Source of the DNA: Scyliorhinus canicula
Lineage: Eukaryota
Direction of reading: 5' to 3'
DNA: 64,000 bases
NCBI RefSeq assembly: GCF_902713615.1
Contig: NC_052150.1
Location: 172,628,100 to 172,692,099 of the forward strand
The notes under the pieces are model-generated. The model saw only the letters and a list, made by a program, of their open reading frames with translations. It did not search any database and had not been told where the DNA came from. Positions 23,893 to 35,022 of the stretch are shown piece by piece; positions within the stretch are counted from its first letter, which is position 1, and each line of letters starts with the position of its first letter. A program made the translations under genes and the position numbers.

Positions 23893-24765
23893 GGTGTCCA
23901 GATGATGTAGCAGAGGAACCGCTTGAGGGAAGCAATATCCTTCCTGATGGAACCTGCACGTTTGTTTGTTTTGTTTATATGTTAAGGGTTTGATTGCAGA
24001 TGTCTTTTCAGCTGAAAAGCTTGTGACCGCCTCACATACACGTTAGTTTGTCCGCAGATATCTCTGAGAACTTCAGTTAGATATCCTCTGGTGAACCGAC
24101 AAAGTTCACGACTTGTCCTATGTTTTCAGATGTTGGAGCATCTTGGCTCCTCCCTTGGTTTTCTTTTTAGGTGCCCCTCTATTCTGTGAATAGAGGCTGC
24201 AATTCCACGATGAATACATTCTTGCCCGTTCATTTCAGGTTGCTCAGGCAGTGGAGAAATGGCATTGAGGACCCGCCCTGTCTGAGAACCCCCTTTTGGA
24301 CAGCCAAGCTCGGGTACGGCACAGCACGCCTTACCCGGGGATCCCATACAAATCTTACCCGTAGCGGCCCATATGCAACTCATTCGACCTTTTCGTTCAA
24401 AATTTGGTTTCATTTTTCTTTAGGTAGCCCTTCGGCAGCCATCCCATATGCTATTTACATCCAGGAACATTCAGATGGTAAATCGCAACGCCTGCGAGAC
24501 GGCTCACAGTGGTAAAATTGTTAGGTGTATGTCTGGTCCTAAATTCGCATTTGAAAAAAAAATGAGGGGAGTCACAGGGTGTGACTTGGCCATTCATTTA
24601 AGGGACAATTGGAAGGAGAGGACAGATACACTAGCATAACAGATATTAAACTATGTATTGACAGATACTGTGCTTGATCCCATAGCTTTCGAACAGTCGA
24701 AGGAGGGATCACAGCAAGATCAGCTATACAAAAGGAAGAGAAGGAAGAGAAGAAAGAAGACCACG

Positions 24766-25110
24766 ATGGAAGCCTACCTATTTCTATTTTACGTTGTTGT
24801 ATTTTTGCACGTAGACGCAAACCATGTTTCCCCCATGACCCCCGCCGTTAATATTTCCCACACACTGACTTCTCGAAGCCCAGTGATGAACAGCGAGGTT
24901 CAGACCTGGTGCACAAAATTCATGACCTGGTACTCGCTTTCATACATAATTGAATCACTGTTGGTGATTGCAATTCTCTGCATCATAGTGCAGACCCTCA
25001 GGTTGAGGAAATGGAAAAGGAGAGCCTCCCGCTCTTGCCCCTCAACCATTTACCGAGTCCAATCCCCTATTTTCGGTTTTCACCAATCCCCCCAACCCCT
25101 TGATGTATAA
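24766..25110 (+). CDS. 114-aa putative type-I membrane accessory protein of the provirus
   Basis: Strong Kozak context accacgATGG. Signal-peptide-like MEAYLFLFYVVVFLHVDA, N-glycosylation sequon NIS, TM helix YIIESLLVIAILCIIVQTL and polybasic RLRKWKRR. Confidence 0.6.
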   Translation: MEAYLFLFYVVVFLHVDANHVSPMTPAVNISHTLTSRSPVMNSEVQTWCTKFMTWYSLSYIIESLLVIAILCIIVQTLRLRKWKRRASRSCPSTIYRVQSPIFGFHQSPQPLDV

Positions 25111-25369
25111 GAGATTTATTTAATGCGATCTGTAAATAAAAGGATTACGGATGTATTATATTGTTCTGAACTCGACTGCCGAGTCAGAAAGCAAGATGTA
25201 CTGTGGTATGAATGAGTAAGATTTTAAGATATGATAGAATGTTTTTAAAATAAGACGAGAGTAGTTATTGTGATAGGTAGAGGTTCCCGTGTATTGGTAG
25301 TGCATGCCCCCTTTGACATAGCGCCAATTAGAGAAATGTTATCTAAACATTTTTGCCATAGTTAAGGAC

Positions 25370-25539
25370 AATTGCTGTATAGCTTTATTGCTTTGAACTT
25401 GACCTTGATACTTGTGACGGTGTCTCTTACGGCACCTGGCGACTCCAGAGCATAGAAACGAGAAACAGAGCCAAGCGAGTGTTAAGCACACTTCCTCTGC
25501 TGGAGGAGTGTTAAACACACTTACTCAGAATGAGCAACA
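25370..25539 (+). repeat. Truncated 3' LTR (terminal 170 bp only)
   Basis: Matches 17492-17661 with two mismatches and is followed by the TSD ACTG. Confidence 0.92.
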
Positions 25540-26167
25540 ACTGGACACTTACTTGGTGGTGCAGCTGCAAGGCAGTTCAAGGTCAAGTGTTGTTTCGGTC
25601 TGCTGCGTGACCCTGCCGAGAAGTCTATCGAGAGAAACTGCCAAGAGAGTGAATTGAACTTGGGACCTGTCTTTTATAGGCCCCAGGGGCTTCGCGCCCT
25701 TTTGGGTGGACCCTGTACCTGACTCCAATCGATTGGATCACGTACCAATCGATCGGTTTGAATTCCCCAATACTGGGGCTGTTTCCTGATCGCTGGGTGG
25801 TCCTTGGGTGCTTGTTAGCCTCTTTTGTCTTGGACTCCTGCTGGCGCCGAGAAGTCTGGTTTTACCTCGATTATCCTAACTGTTGCTGTTGTGTCTGGGC
25901 ATCGCTCATTAATATGTAGATTACTGCTGGTTTCAATGCTGTCTGCTTTCTGCAACTCGAATATACAGAAGAACTCTGCAAACTGCTTGCTTTCTCATAC
26001 TATCCAATTTTCCCTGCGTTCTTTGCGAATCTCCATTTTAAGTCGGGAAGTGGCCAACCCAGGTGGCTACAGGGTGAAGGATCAGATTCGGCTCCATAAG
26101 GGTTGGCTGAGCCAGGTGTTTCACTTGGGCTTTGCCAACAGGGCCTGGGGTGGCAATACTAATTAAT

Positions 26168-26480
26168 GTGAGCGGCACGGTAACACAGTGGTTAGCATTG
26201 TTGCTTCACCGCGCCAGTATCCCAGGTTCGATTCCCGGCTTAGGTCACTGTCTGTGTGGAGTCTGCAGGTTCTCCTCGTGTCTGCGTTTGTTTCATCCGG
26301 GTGATCAAGGTTTGCTCCCACAAGTCCCGAAAGACATGCTGTTAGGTAATTTGGACATTCTGAATTCTCCCTCTGTGCACCCGAACAGGTGCCGGAGTGC
26401 GGCAACTATGGGTTTTTCACAGTAACTTCATTGCTGTGTTAATGAAAGTCTACTTGTGACAATAAAGATTATTATTATAA
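26168..26480 (+). mobile_element. SINE with (att)n tail
   Basis: gcggcacggtaacacagtggttagc head and cttgtgacaataaagattattatt tail. Confidence 0.8.
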
Positions 26481-26670
26481 TAAAAGAGTTTGGTTTTGGA
26501 ACTTCTGGTGGTGGCCATGGTGTGAATGGTAACACACGGGCAGCACCTGCGTGAAGGCACAGAAAAGAGCTATTTTTACCCGATACTAGGTGGAATTTTG
26601 ATGAAAAGGCGTAGGTGAAGGTTGGAGGAGTAGTTTCTCCCAGGAGTGATATGTCTGCTGGTTACCAAAC

Positions 26671-26935
26671 CGATGCGTGATCAATAACTACTGAAACGAA
26701 GGAGTAGTCCGAATTGAAGGCTTTAATCTACAAGATGTTTCCCCAGCAGCTCGAGTACAGAAAGAAGGTTGGCTACTGGGAAACACGGGTTCTTATACCC
26801 TGCCTCATTAGGCGGAGCTACCTTACGTCTTGACCAATGAAAAGGCAAACACTTGGGCCATTGAGCAGCGAGCCTTCTCCACCAATGGTAGCTCACATTC
26901 CCAGGTACCATAGTACCTCTAGTCATACTACCACA
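26671..26935 (-). repeat. Probable short solo LTR inside L1-B ORF1
   Basis: Minus strand starts TGTGGTAGTATG, with CCAAT/TATA-like motifs. Imperfect 5-bp TSD caaac/caacc. Confidence 0.5.
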
Positions 26936-29004
26936 CAACCCCAACAGAAGACAGTGAGAAACCAGGCCAAAGTGTTGGAGGGGGCCTGTGGTGCAGCAGC
27001 AGCAAGTGCAAGGATGGCTGCGGGAGAAGGGCTGATGAAAGGTGGAAAGTCCCAGATAGAGCAGTTGATGGCTTTTATTAAAGGGGAATTCTGGTAGCAG
27101 AGGAAGGAAATGTAGGAGGATCGCTCGAAGGCCATCGAAGGAGCTGTGGCACCCCTGAAGAGTTTGATGGAACGGTTGGAGAAGTGCTTGGAGGTGCAGG
27201 GATCGCAGATTCGGAGATTGAAGGAGTGATCTCAGACCACAGCGATCGTGTGGTGGCTCTGGAGATGGAGATGGGGCTCCGAGGAAACCTGTGTAAAACG
27301 CTAAGGACAAAGGTTGAGGAGCAGGAGGATACCTCGAGAAGGTAGAACCTAGGAATAGTGGGCCTGCCTGAAGGAGTGGAAGGTGTTAGTGCCACGAGGT
27401 ACGTCTCAAAGATACTGGCGAGGCTGGTGACGGAAAGAGTGCTAGATAAGGCCCCTAAAGTGGACCGAGCGCATAGGTACCTGAGGCAGAAGCCTAGAGC
27501 CAGGGAGCCGCCACGGGTGGTGATCGTGAGACTCCACAAATTTGTGGAGAAAGAGATGATACTGTATTGCGTTGGGCCAGGGAGAAGCGTATTGCAAGTG
27601 GCAAAGGAACAAGGTCCAAAATGACCAGAACATCAGAGCCGAGTTGGCAAAGCGACAGGCAGGGTTCAGCAGGGCCAAAGCAGTGCTGTACCAGCAGCAG
27701 ATCAGGTTTGGGGTGCTATACTAGGCGTAATTATGGGTGACAGAGGCCAGGAGTATCATTTTGAGACCCCAGAAGTGGCCAAAGACTTCTTAAGGAGCAT
27801 AAACTGGGGGAGAACTGAGTGGACAATGCTTGGGAACTGGACTGCTGACACTTCATAATGGTTGGGAACATGTTCGAAGTGGGGGAAGGATTGGGGGAAT
27901 TTTGTGTCCCCTCCGTTTTGGAGGGGGTCCTTTTTTGGGTTTGCTGTTTACTGTTGAGGTTGTAAGGGGTTGTAGGGGCAAAATGTTTATGTGGCGATGA
28001 CGGTGTGGCCAGTGGTGTTGGTAAATGTTTATGCACCAAATTGGGATGATGTGGATTTTATGAGGGGGTTGCTGGCAGCAATCCTGGATTTGGCCACACA
28101 CCAGTTGATCATGGGAGGAGATTTTAACTGTGTCCTGGAGCCGAGGGTGGATGGATTCGAGCTCCAGGTCGATGGGTAGGGTACGAATGGCAATAGAGCT
28201 GGGGGGGGTTTATGGAGAGGATGGGTATGATGGATTCATGGCGCTTTCAGAACCCAGGGGGAAGGGAGTATTTCTTCTTTTCACACGTCTATAAGGTGTA
28301 TTCGAGAATTGATTACTTTGTAGTGAGTCGGGAGATTTCGGTTGAGATGGAGGGGGACAGTGTATGCGGGAATAGTTATCTCGGACCATTAGCCCCACTG
28401 GCTGGAGATTCGGTTGAGATCAGGACGAGAGCAGAGGCCAGGGTGGAGGTTTGATTCGGGGTTGTTGGCGGATGGATGTTTTTGTGATTAAGGAGCATGT
28501 GGAGATGTATCAAAATGTGGAGGCATCAGCGGCCATTTCTTGGAAAGCACTGAAGGCAGTGGTCCGGGGGGAAGTTATTTTTTTTCAGGCTCATGCGGAT
28601 AAGGAAAGGAGGGAGGAACATAACCATCTCGTGAGCAAGATAGTGGAGGTGGACAGGGAGTAAGTATTCGAGGGCGCCCATTGCGGAGCGGGTGGCAAGA
28701 AGGAAAAGTTTGCAGGGGCAGTTTGCCAGGCTAACAACGGGAAGGGAGGCAGGGCAACTGCGTAGGGCAAGGGAGGTGTTACATGAGTATGGGGAGAATT
28801 CGAACTGCATGCTCGTGCACCAGCTGCGGAGGCAGGCTGCGTCCAGGAAAATATTGAAGGTATGGACTGAGCTGGGGATGTGGTGTTGGAGCCGGGGAAG
28901 ATAAACAAGGTGACTGGGAGTATTACCAGGGACTGTACGAGGCTGACCCGGGGGGGAGAAGATGGGGACATGGGGCGTGGTCTGGACAAGGCTGGAGAAC
29001 CCCA

Positions 29005-29636
29005 GGTGCTTGCCTTCATTGGCCAGAGCATTGAGTATAAAAATTGGCAAGTCATGTTGCAGCTGTATAGAACCTTAGTTACGCCACACTTGGGAGTATA
29101 CTGTTCAATTCTGGTCGCTACACTATCAGAAGGATGTGGAGGCTTCAGAGAGGGTGCAGAAGAGATTTACCAGGGTGTTGCCAGGTATGGAGGGCATTAG
29201 TTATGAGGAGCGGTTGAATAAACTCGGTTTGTTCTCACTGGAACGAAGGAGGTTGAGGGGCGACCTGATAGATGTCTACAAAATTATGAGGGGCATAAAC
29301 AGAGTGGATAGTCAGAGACTTTTTCCCAGGGTAGAGGAGTCAATTACTAGGGGGCATAGGTTTAATGTGCGAGGGACAAGGTTTAGAGGAGATGTATGAG
29401 GCAAGTTTTTTACACAGAGGGTAGCGGGTGTCTAGAACTCGCTGCCGGAGGAGGTGATGGAAGCAGGGACGATAGTGACGTTTAAGGGGCATCTTGACAA
29501 ATACATGAATAGGATGGGAATAGAGGGATACGGACCCCGGATGTGTAGAAGATTTTAGTTTAGACGGGCAGCATGGTCGGCGCAGGCTTGGAGGGTCAAC
29601 GGGTCTGTTCCTGTGCTGTACTTTTCTTTGTTCTTT
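29005..29636 (+). mobile_element. CR1-type LINE 3' fragment
   Basis: VMLQLYRTLV.PHL and LFSLERRRLRGDLIDVYKIM motifs, with a (ttctttg) tail. Confidence 0.85.
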
Positions 29637-29897
29637 GGAGGAAGCAAAGAGGCAGGCATTGAAGGAGCCCATGGGTCTGAGGGAGGTGTTGGATAGTATC
29701 AGGGATATGAAGTCAGGAAAGGCCCAGGGCCGGATGGGTACCCGGCGGAATTTGCAACGGGCCTGGCAGCACATCTACTGGGGGCGTTTAATGAAGTGCT
29801 GGAGAAGGTGGGGCTGCCGGAGACGATGGCAGAGAATAATCACGTAAATCCCAAAAAAGGGGAAGGGCCCAGTGGAATGTGGGTCTCAGCCCATATC

Positions 29898-30022
29898 TTT
29901 TTTTAATATAAATTTTGTGCACCCAATTACCTTTTTCCAATTAAGGGACAATTTAGCGTGGCCGATCCACCAACCCTGCACATCTTTGGATTGTGCAGGC
30001 GAAACCCACGCAAACACAGGAC
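29898..30022 (-). mobile_element. SINE 3' fragment
   Basis: Reverse complement of the HE1-like body and tail. Confidence 0.7.
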
Positions 30023-32799
30023 ATAGGTCCTTTTCACTACTGAACACAGATGTGAAAGTATAAGCTAAGTTGTTGGCGTGAGGATGCAGGATTGTGTCCC
30101 CGGGATAGTTGCAGAAGATCAAACAGGGTTCGTGAAGGGCAGGCAGCTCACGAGTAATATAAAACGGCTGTTGATGAATCTGTCGGGGGCTCTGGTATAG
30201 GAGGTGGTGGTATCCATGGACGCAGAGACAGCACTTGATCGAGTGGAGCGAGGGTACTTGTTCAAAGTTTTGGGAAGGTTTAGGTTTGGGCCGATATTTG
30301 TGGCATGGGTGTAGTTGCTGTATATGGCACCAAAGGCGAGTGAGAGGACTAATAATTTGTATTTGCAGAGCTTTGACTTACACAGGGGTATGAGGCAGGG
30401 ATGCCCGCTGTCGCTGTTGCTGTTTGCGTTGGCCATAGAGCTGTTTGCGACAGCTCTCAGGGGGTTGGCAGAGTGGCAGGGGATTTTGAGGGGACAGAGG
30501 GAGTATTGGGTGTCGTTTTATGCTGATGACCTGTTGCTGTATGTTTCGGATCCGCTGGCGAGTATGGGAAGGATTATGGGCCTGCTGGGGAGGTTTGGAG
30601 GGTTCTCAGGGTATAGACTGAATGCCAGGAAAAGCAAGGTTTTGCCAGTGAATGAGCTGGGACGGCGGTCAAATTTAGGGGGGATGCCATTTACGGTAGT
30701 GAGGGATAGGTTTAGGTATTTGGGATTCTGGTTGCGAGGCTCCATAAGTGGAACTTAATGAAGCTGCTGGAGGAGGCCAGGAAGGATCTTAAGAGGTGGG
30801 ATGACGTTGGCGGGAGGGTCCAAGTGGTGAAAATTAATATTCCGCCGAGATTCTTGTTTATCTTTCAGGCTCTCCCGATCTTTATACCAAAGGCCTTCTT
30901 TCCGAAATTGGACATGATCATTTCGGACTTTGTTTGGGCGGGAAAGGTACTGAGGGTGGGGAGGACACTGCTACAGAGGCAGAGGTGGCAATTGTGGATA
31001 AGGTGTGGCGATGGTGGAAAGGGGAAGGGGTGAAGTGGGTTAGGGTGGAGGAGGAATGTTGTAAGGGGTCTAGTTTGAGGGTTATGGTGACGGCAGAGCT
31101 TCCAATGGCTCCTGGTAGGTATTCAGGGAGCCTGGTGGTGCAGTCCACGATGAAGATATGGAATCAGCTGAGGAGGCATTTTAGAGTAGAAGGGATGTCG
31201 GTGCTAACGCCACTGTGCAAGAATCCTGGTTTTGAGTCTGGGGTGGATGGATAGTGTATACAGGAGGTGGATGGATGTGGGACTAGCCAAGGTGAGCAAT
31301 TTATATTTGGAGCATGGGTTCACCAGTCTGGAGGAGCTAAGGGAGAGATAGAGCTGCCGGGGGGGAATGAGTTCAGGTATCTGCTGGTTAGGGACTTTGT
31401 GCAAACGGTCTGGAGGGGGTTCCCTAGGTTGCCAGGATACACCCTACTGGAGCAGCTGCTGCGTCCGGATGTGGAAGGGGAGGGAAGAATTGGGAATATA
31501 TACAAGTGGCTGGGGGAGCAGGGTGGCGAGCATGTGGTGAAGATCAAGGAGAAATGGGAAGGGGAGTTGGGAGGGGAGATCAATTGGGGAGTATGGAGTG
31601 AGGCACTGTGTGGGGTAAACGGGACCTCCTCCTGTGCAAGTATGAGCCTCATACAGTTTAAGATGGTGCGCAGGTCATATGACTTGGCAAAAATGAATGT
31701 GTTATTTTAAGGGGTAGCAGATGAGTGTGAGAGGTATGGGCGGGGGCCAGCGAATCACGCTCACATGTTTTGGGGTTGCAAAAAATTGGGAAGATTCTAG
31801 GCGGGAGTGTTCGCGGTCTTAGCCAGGCTAGTGGAGGAGGAGGTGGAGCCGGACCCTTTGGTGGCGATATTTGGAGTTTCAGAGAAGCTGGAGCTCATGG
31901 AGAGGAGGAAGGCCGATGTCATGGCCTTCGTCTCTCTGATTGCATGGCAGCGAATTCTACTAGAGTGGCGGTCGGTATCGCTACCGGGGATAGCAACATG
32001 GTTGGGTGACCTGTACGTCTTCCTGCGGTTGAAGAAGATAAAGTATGTGTTCAGGGGCTCTTCGGGGGAGTTTGAGAAAAGGTAGGGGATGTTTGTGACC
32101 GAGTTTGAGGAGCTGTTCGTCACATAGGAGGGGGGGGGAAGGGTGAAAAAGAGGAAAAAATTTGTACAGACTGTATATTTGATTGCTGGGAAGTATATTT
32201 CCCGGGGTATTTATGGGTTCTAACCTGTTTTGATACCTGTCTGTAATAAAAAGAATTTGGTTTCAGATGGGGAAGGTGGTAGTGGACCAGAGTGGTAAAT
32301 ATGTCATACTAATGGGGACGCTGGAAGATAAGTTGGTGGTTTTAGCGAGCTTGTACGCTCCAAACTGGGAAGATGTAGCATTCATGAAGAGAATGCTGGC
32401 TGCCATACCAGAAATGGATATGCATCAGATGATTTTGGGGGGAGATTTGAATTATGTTTTGAACCTTAAGTTGGATCAGTCTAAGCCAAAGTTGTTGGCC
32501 CCTTCAGGGGTAGCGAAGGTACTGGCAGCGTTCATGAAGGATAAGGATGGAGCAGGCCCATGGTGGTATTTGCACCCTGGGGGCCGGAGAACTCGCCTTT
32601 TCCCTCCGGTACATAACATGCACTCACTTATCGACTTTTTTGTGATGAGATCTCTGCTCCAGGGGTAACGAAAATCGGAAATTTTGTGATAGTGATTTCA
32701 GATCACGCTCTGGACCTGTTGGATGTGGTTTTGGAGGTGGGGTGTTTGGATGTGGGGCTGTTAGTGAATTTGGGATTTTGTGTGAAGATGGCTGGGGTG

Positions 32800-33185
32800 A
32801 GTGGTTGGCACTGCCAACTCACAGCCCCAAGGACCCGGGTTCAGTCCCGGTCCCAAGTCGCTTACTGTGTGGAGTTTGCACATTCTTCCCATGTTTGCGT
32901 GGGTACCACCCCACAACCCAATGATGTGCAGGGTAGGTGGATTGGCCACACTAAATTTTTCCTTTTTTTAATTTAGAGTACAAAATTATTTTTTTTCCAA
33001 TTTAGGTGCAACTTAGCGTGGCCAATCCACCTACCCTGCACATCTTTGGGTTGAGGGGGTGACACCCACACAGACACTGGGAGAATGTACAAACACCACA
33101 TGGACAGTGACCCAGGGCCAGGATTGAACCCAGGTCTTTGGCACCATGAGGCAGCAGTGCTAACCACTGCGCCGCCTTGCCTCCC
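32800..33185. mobile_element. Two HE1-like SINEs tail-to-tail (+ 32800-32960, - 32965-33185)
   Basis: Same family sequence in opposite orientations. Confidence 0.75.
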
Positions 33186-33199
33186 TTCTAAATTGCACC

Positions 33200-34088
33200 A
33201 TAATGATACAGGAGGACTGTCAGAGAATACAACAAAATATAGACAGATTGGAGAGTTGGGCAGAGAAATGGCAGATGGAGTTCAATCCAGGCAAATGTGA
33301 GGTGATGCATTTTGGAAGATCAAATTCAAGAGCGGACTATATGGTCAATGGAAGGGTCCTGGGGAAAATTGATGTACAGAGAGATCTGGGAGTTCAGGTC
33401 CATTGTACCCTGAAGGTGGCAACGCAGGTTGATAGAGTGGTCAAGAAGGCATACAACATGCTTGCCTTCATCGGACGGGGTATTGAGTACAAGAGTAGGC
33501 AGGTCATGTTACAGTTGTATAGGACTTTGGTTAGGCTACATTTGGAATACTGCGTGCAGTTCTGGTCGCCACATTACCAGAAGGATGTGGATACTTTGGA
33601 GAGGGTGCAGAGGAGGTTCACCAGGATGTTGTCTGGTATGGAGGGTGCTAGCTATGAAGAAAGGTTGAGTAGATTAGGATTGTTTTCGTTGGAAGACGGT
33701 GGTTGAGGGGGGACCTGATTGAGGTCTACAAAATTATGAGAGGTATGGACAGGGTGGATAGCAACAAGCTTTTCCCAAGAGTGGGGGTGTCAGTTACAAG
33801 GGGTCACGATTTCAAAGTGAGAGGGGGAAAGTTTAAGGGAGATGTGCGTGGAACGTTTTTTACGCAGAGGGTGGTGGGTGCCTGGAACACTTTACCAGCG
33901 GAGGTGGTAGAGGCGGGCACGATAGCATAATTTAAGAGGCATCTAGACAGGTATATGAACGGGCGGCAACAGAGGGAAGTAGACCTTGGAGAATAGGAGA
34001 CAGGTTTAGATAAAGGATCTGGATCGGCGCAGGCTGGGAGGGCCGAAGGGCCTGTTCCTGTGCTGGAATTTTCTTTGGTATTCTTTGT
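33200..34088 (+). mobile_element. CR1-type LINE 3' fragment
   Basis: ORF 33203..33706 (WQMEFNPGKCEVMHFG, LEYCVQFWSP) and ORF 33703..33930. Confidence 0.9.
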
Positions 34089-34849
34089 TTTATATTTGGA
34101 AAAAAAATAATTGGGTACCCTAAATTTTAAAACAAGATGGCTAGGATGATTGATGAGTATATGGAGTTTAACAAGAATGGGGAGGTGATGCCCTCGGTGC
34201 TGTGGAAGACCTGAAGGTGGTGGTGAGAGGGGAGATAATCTTGCATAAGGCGCAGGTGGATAGGGAGACAAGGAAAGAGCTCTAATGGCTGGAGAACGAG
34301 ATCTTGGAGATGGATGGAAGGTACTGGAGTGACCTCACTCCTGAGTTCTGGCTAGTAGAAAGAACTTGCAGATGAAATTTGATCTATTATCTGCTGATAA
34401 GGCAGTACGCCAGTGCAGTACTCAAAGGGGGTAATGTACGAATATGGGGAGAAGGCCAGTCGTCTCTTGGCTGGTCAGTTGAGGATGGCAAGCAGCCTCC
34501 AGAGAGATTTCCAGATTCGGGTTGTGGACTTGTGACTGTGCCGGATAAAGTTAACGGGGCTTTTGAGGCGTTTTACAAGAACCTGTACAGGTTAGAGCCA
34601 TTGGGTGAGGAGTCAGATATGCAGAAAATCTGGAGGGGCTGGAGAGTCTTCAGGGAGAGGCAGAGGACAGGGAAGAGTTGGAGGAGCCATTGGGGTGGAG
34701 CAGATCTGGACAGCGATTGGGCGAATGCAGACCTGGAAGGCGCCGGGGCAGATGGGATTTATAAAACGTTTGCTGATCGACTGATGCCATTAATGGTGGA
34801 GATGTTTGAGGATTCGGTAGCACGGTTTCTCTTCCAGAGACAATGATAT

Positions 34850-35022
34850 TAATAATAGCCGCTTATTGTCACAAGTAGGCTTCAATGAAGTTACTGAGAA
34901 AAGCCCCTAGTCCCACATCCCGGCGCCTGTTCACGGAGGCAGGTACCGGAATTGAAGGCGCGCTGCTGGCATTGTTCTGCATTACAAGCCAGCTCTTTAG
35001 CCCACTGTGCTAAACCAGACCC
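34850..35022 (-). mobile_element. SINE related to the 7347-7538 copy
   Basis: cttattgtcacaagtaggcttcaatgaagttactg is the reverse complement of the 7470-7510 tail. Confidence 0.75.

Larger units (their letters stand above)
16730..25539 (+). mobile_element. Endogenous retrovirus-like provirus, lokiretrovirus-like architecture; env region and most of the 3' LTR deleted
   Basis: TG...CA termini, TSD ACTG (16726-16729 and 25540-25543), PBS, gag-PR-RT-RH-RH-IN and an extra membrane-protein ORF. Confidence 0.9.
16365..26071 (-). repeat. Solo LTR of a sister ERV family, split by the provirus (16365-16729 + 25544-26071)
   Basis: Minus strand begins TGTAGCCA (26071) and ends GAGCAACA (16365), the same termini as the provirus LTR. 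4-bp TSD GGGT at 16361-16364 and 26072-26075. It interrupts L1 EAHLRV|KDQIRL. Confidence 0.85.
26497..32248 (+). mobile_element. Near full-length degraded L1/Tx1 LINE (L1-B) nested in L1-A
   Basis: ORF1 ~26650-27818 (DRAHR..PRVVIVRLH), EN (YAPN, MGGDFN, SRIDYF) and RT (RQGCPLS, YADDLLL). TSD aaaaga(g/a)tttggttt at 26482-26496 and 32249-32263. Confidence 0.85.

Noticed and set aside
24766-25110. Calling the small membrane ORF env
   Set aside because: Only 114 aa, with no SU/TM cleavage, fusion peptide or heptad repeat in the ectodomain.
16730-25539. Endogenous foamy virus
   Set aside because: CCHC Gag, gag and pol in one frame across a stop, and a tRNA-Arg PBS are not foamy features, although RT has YVDD.
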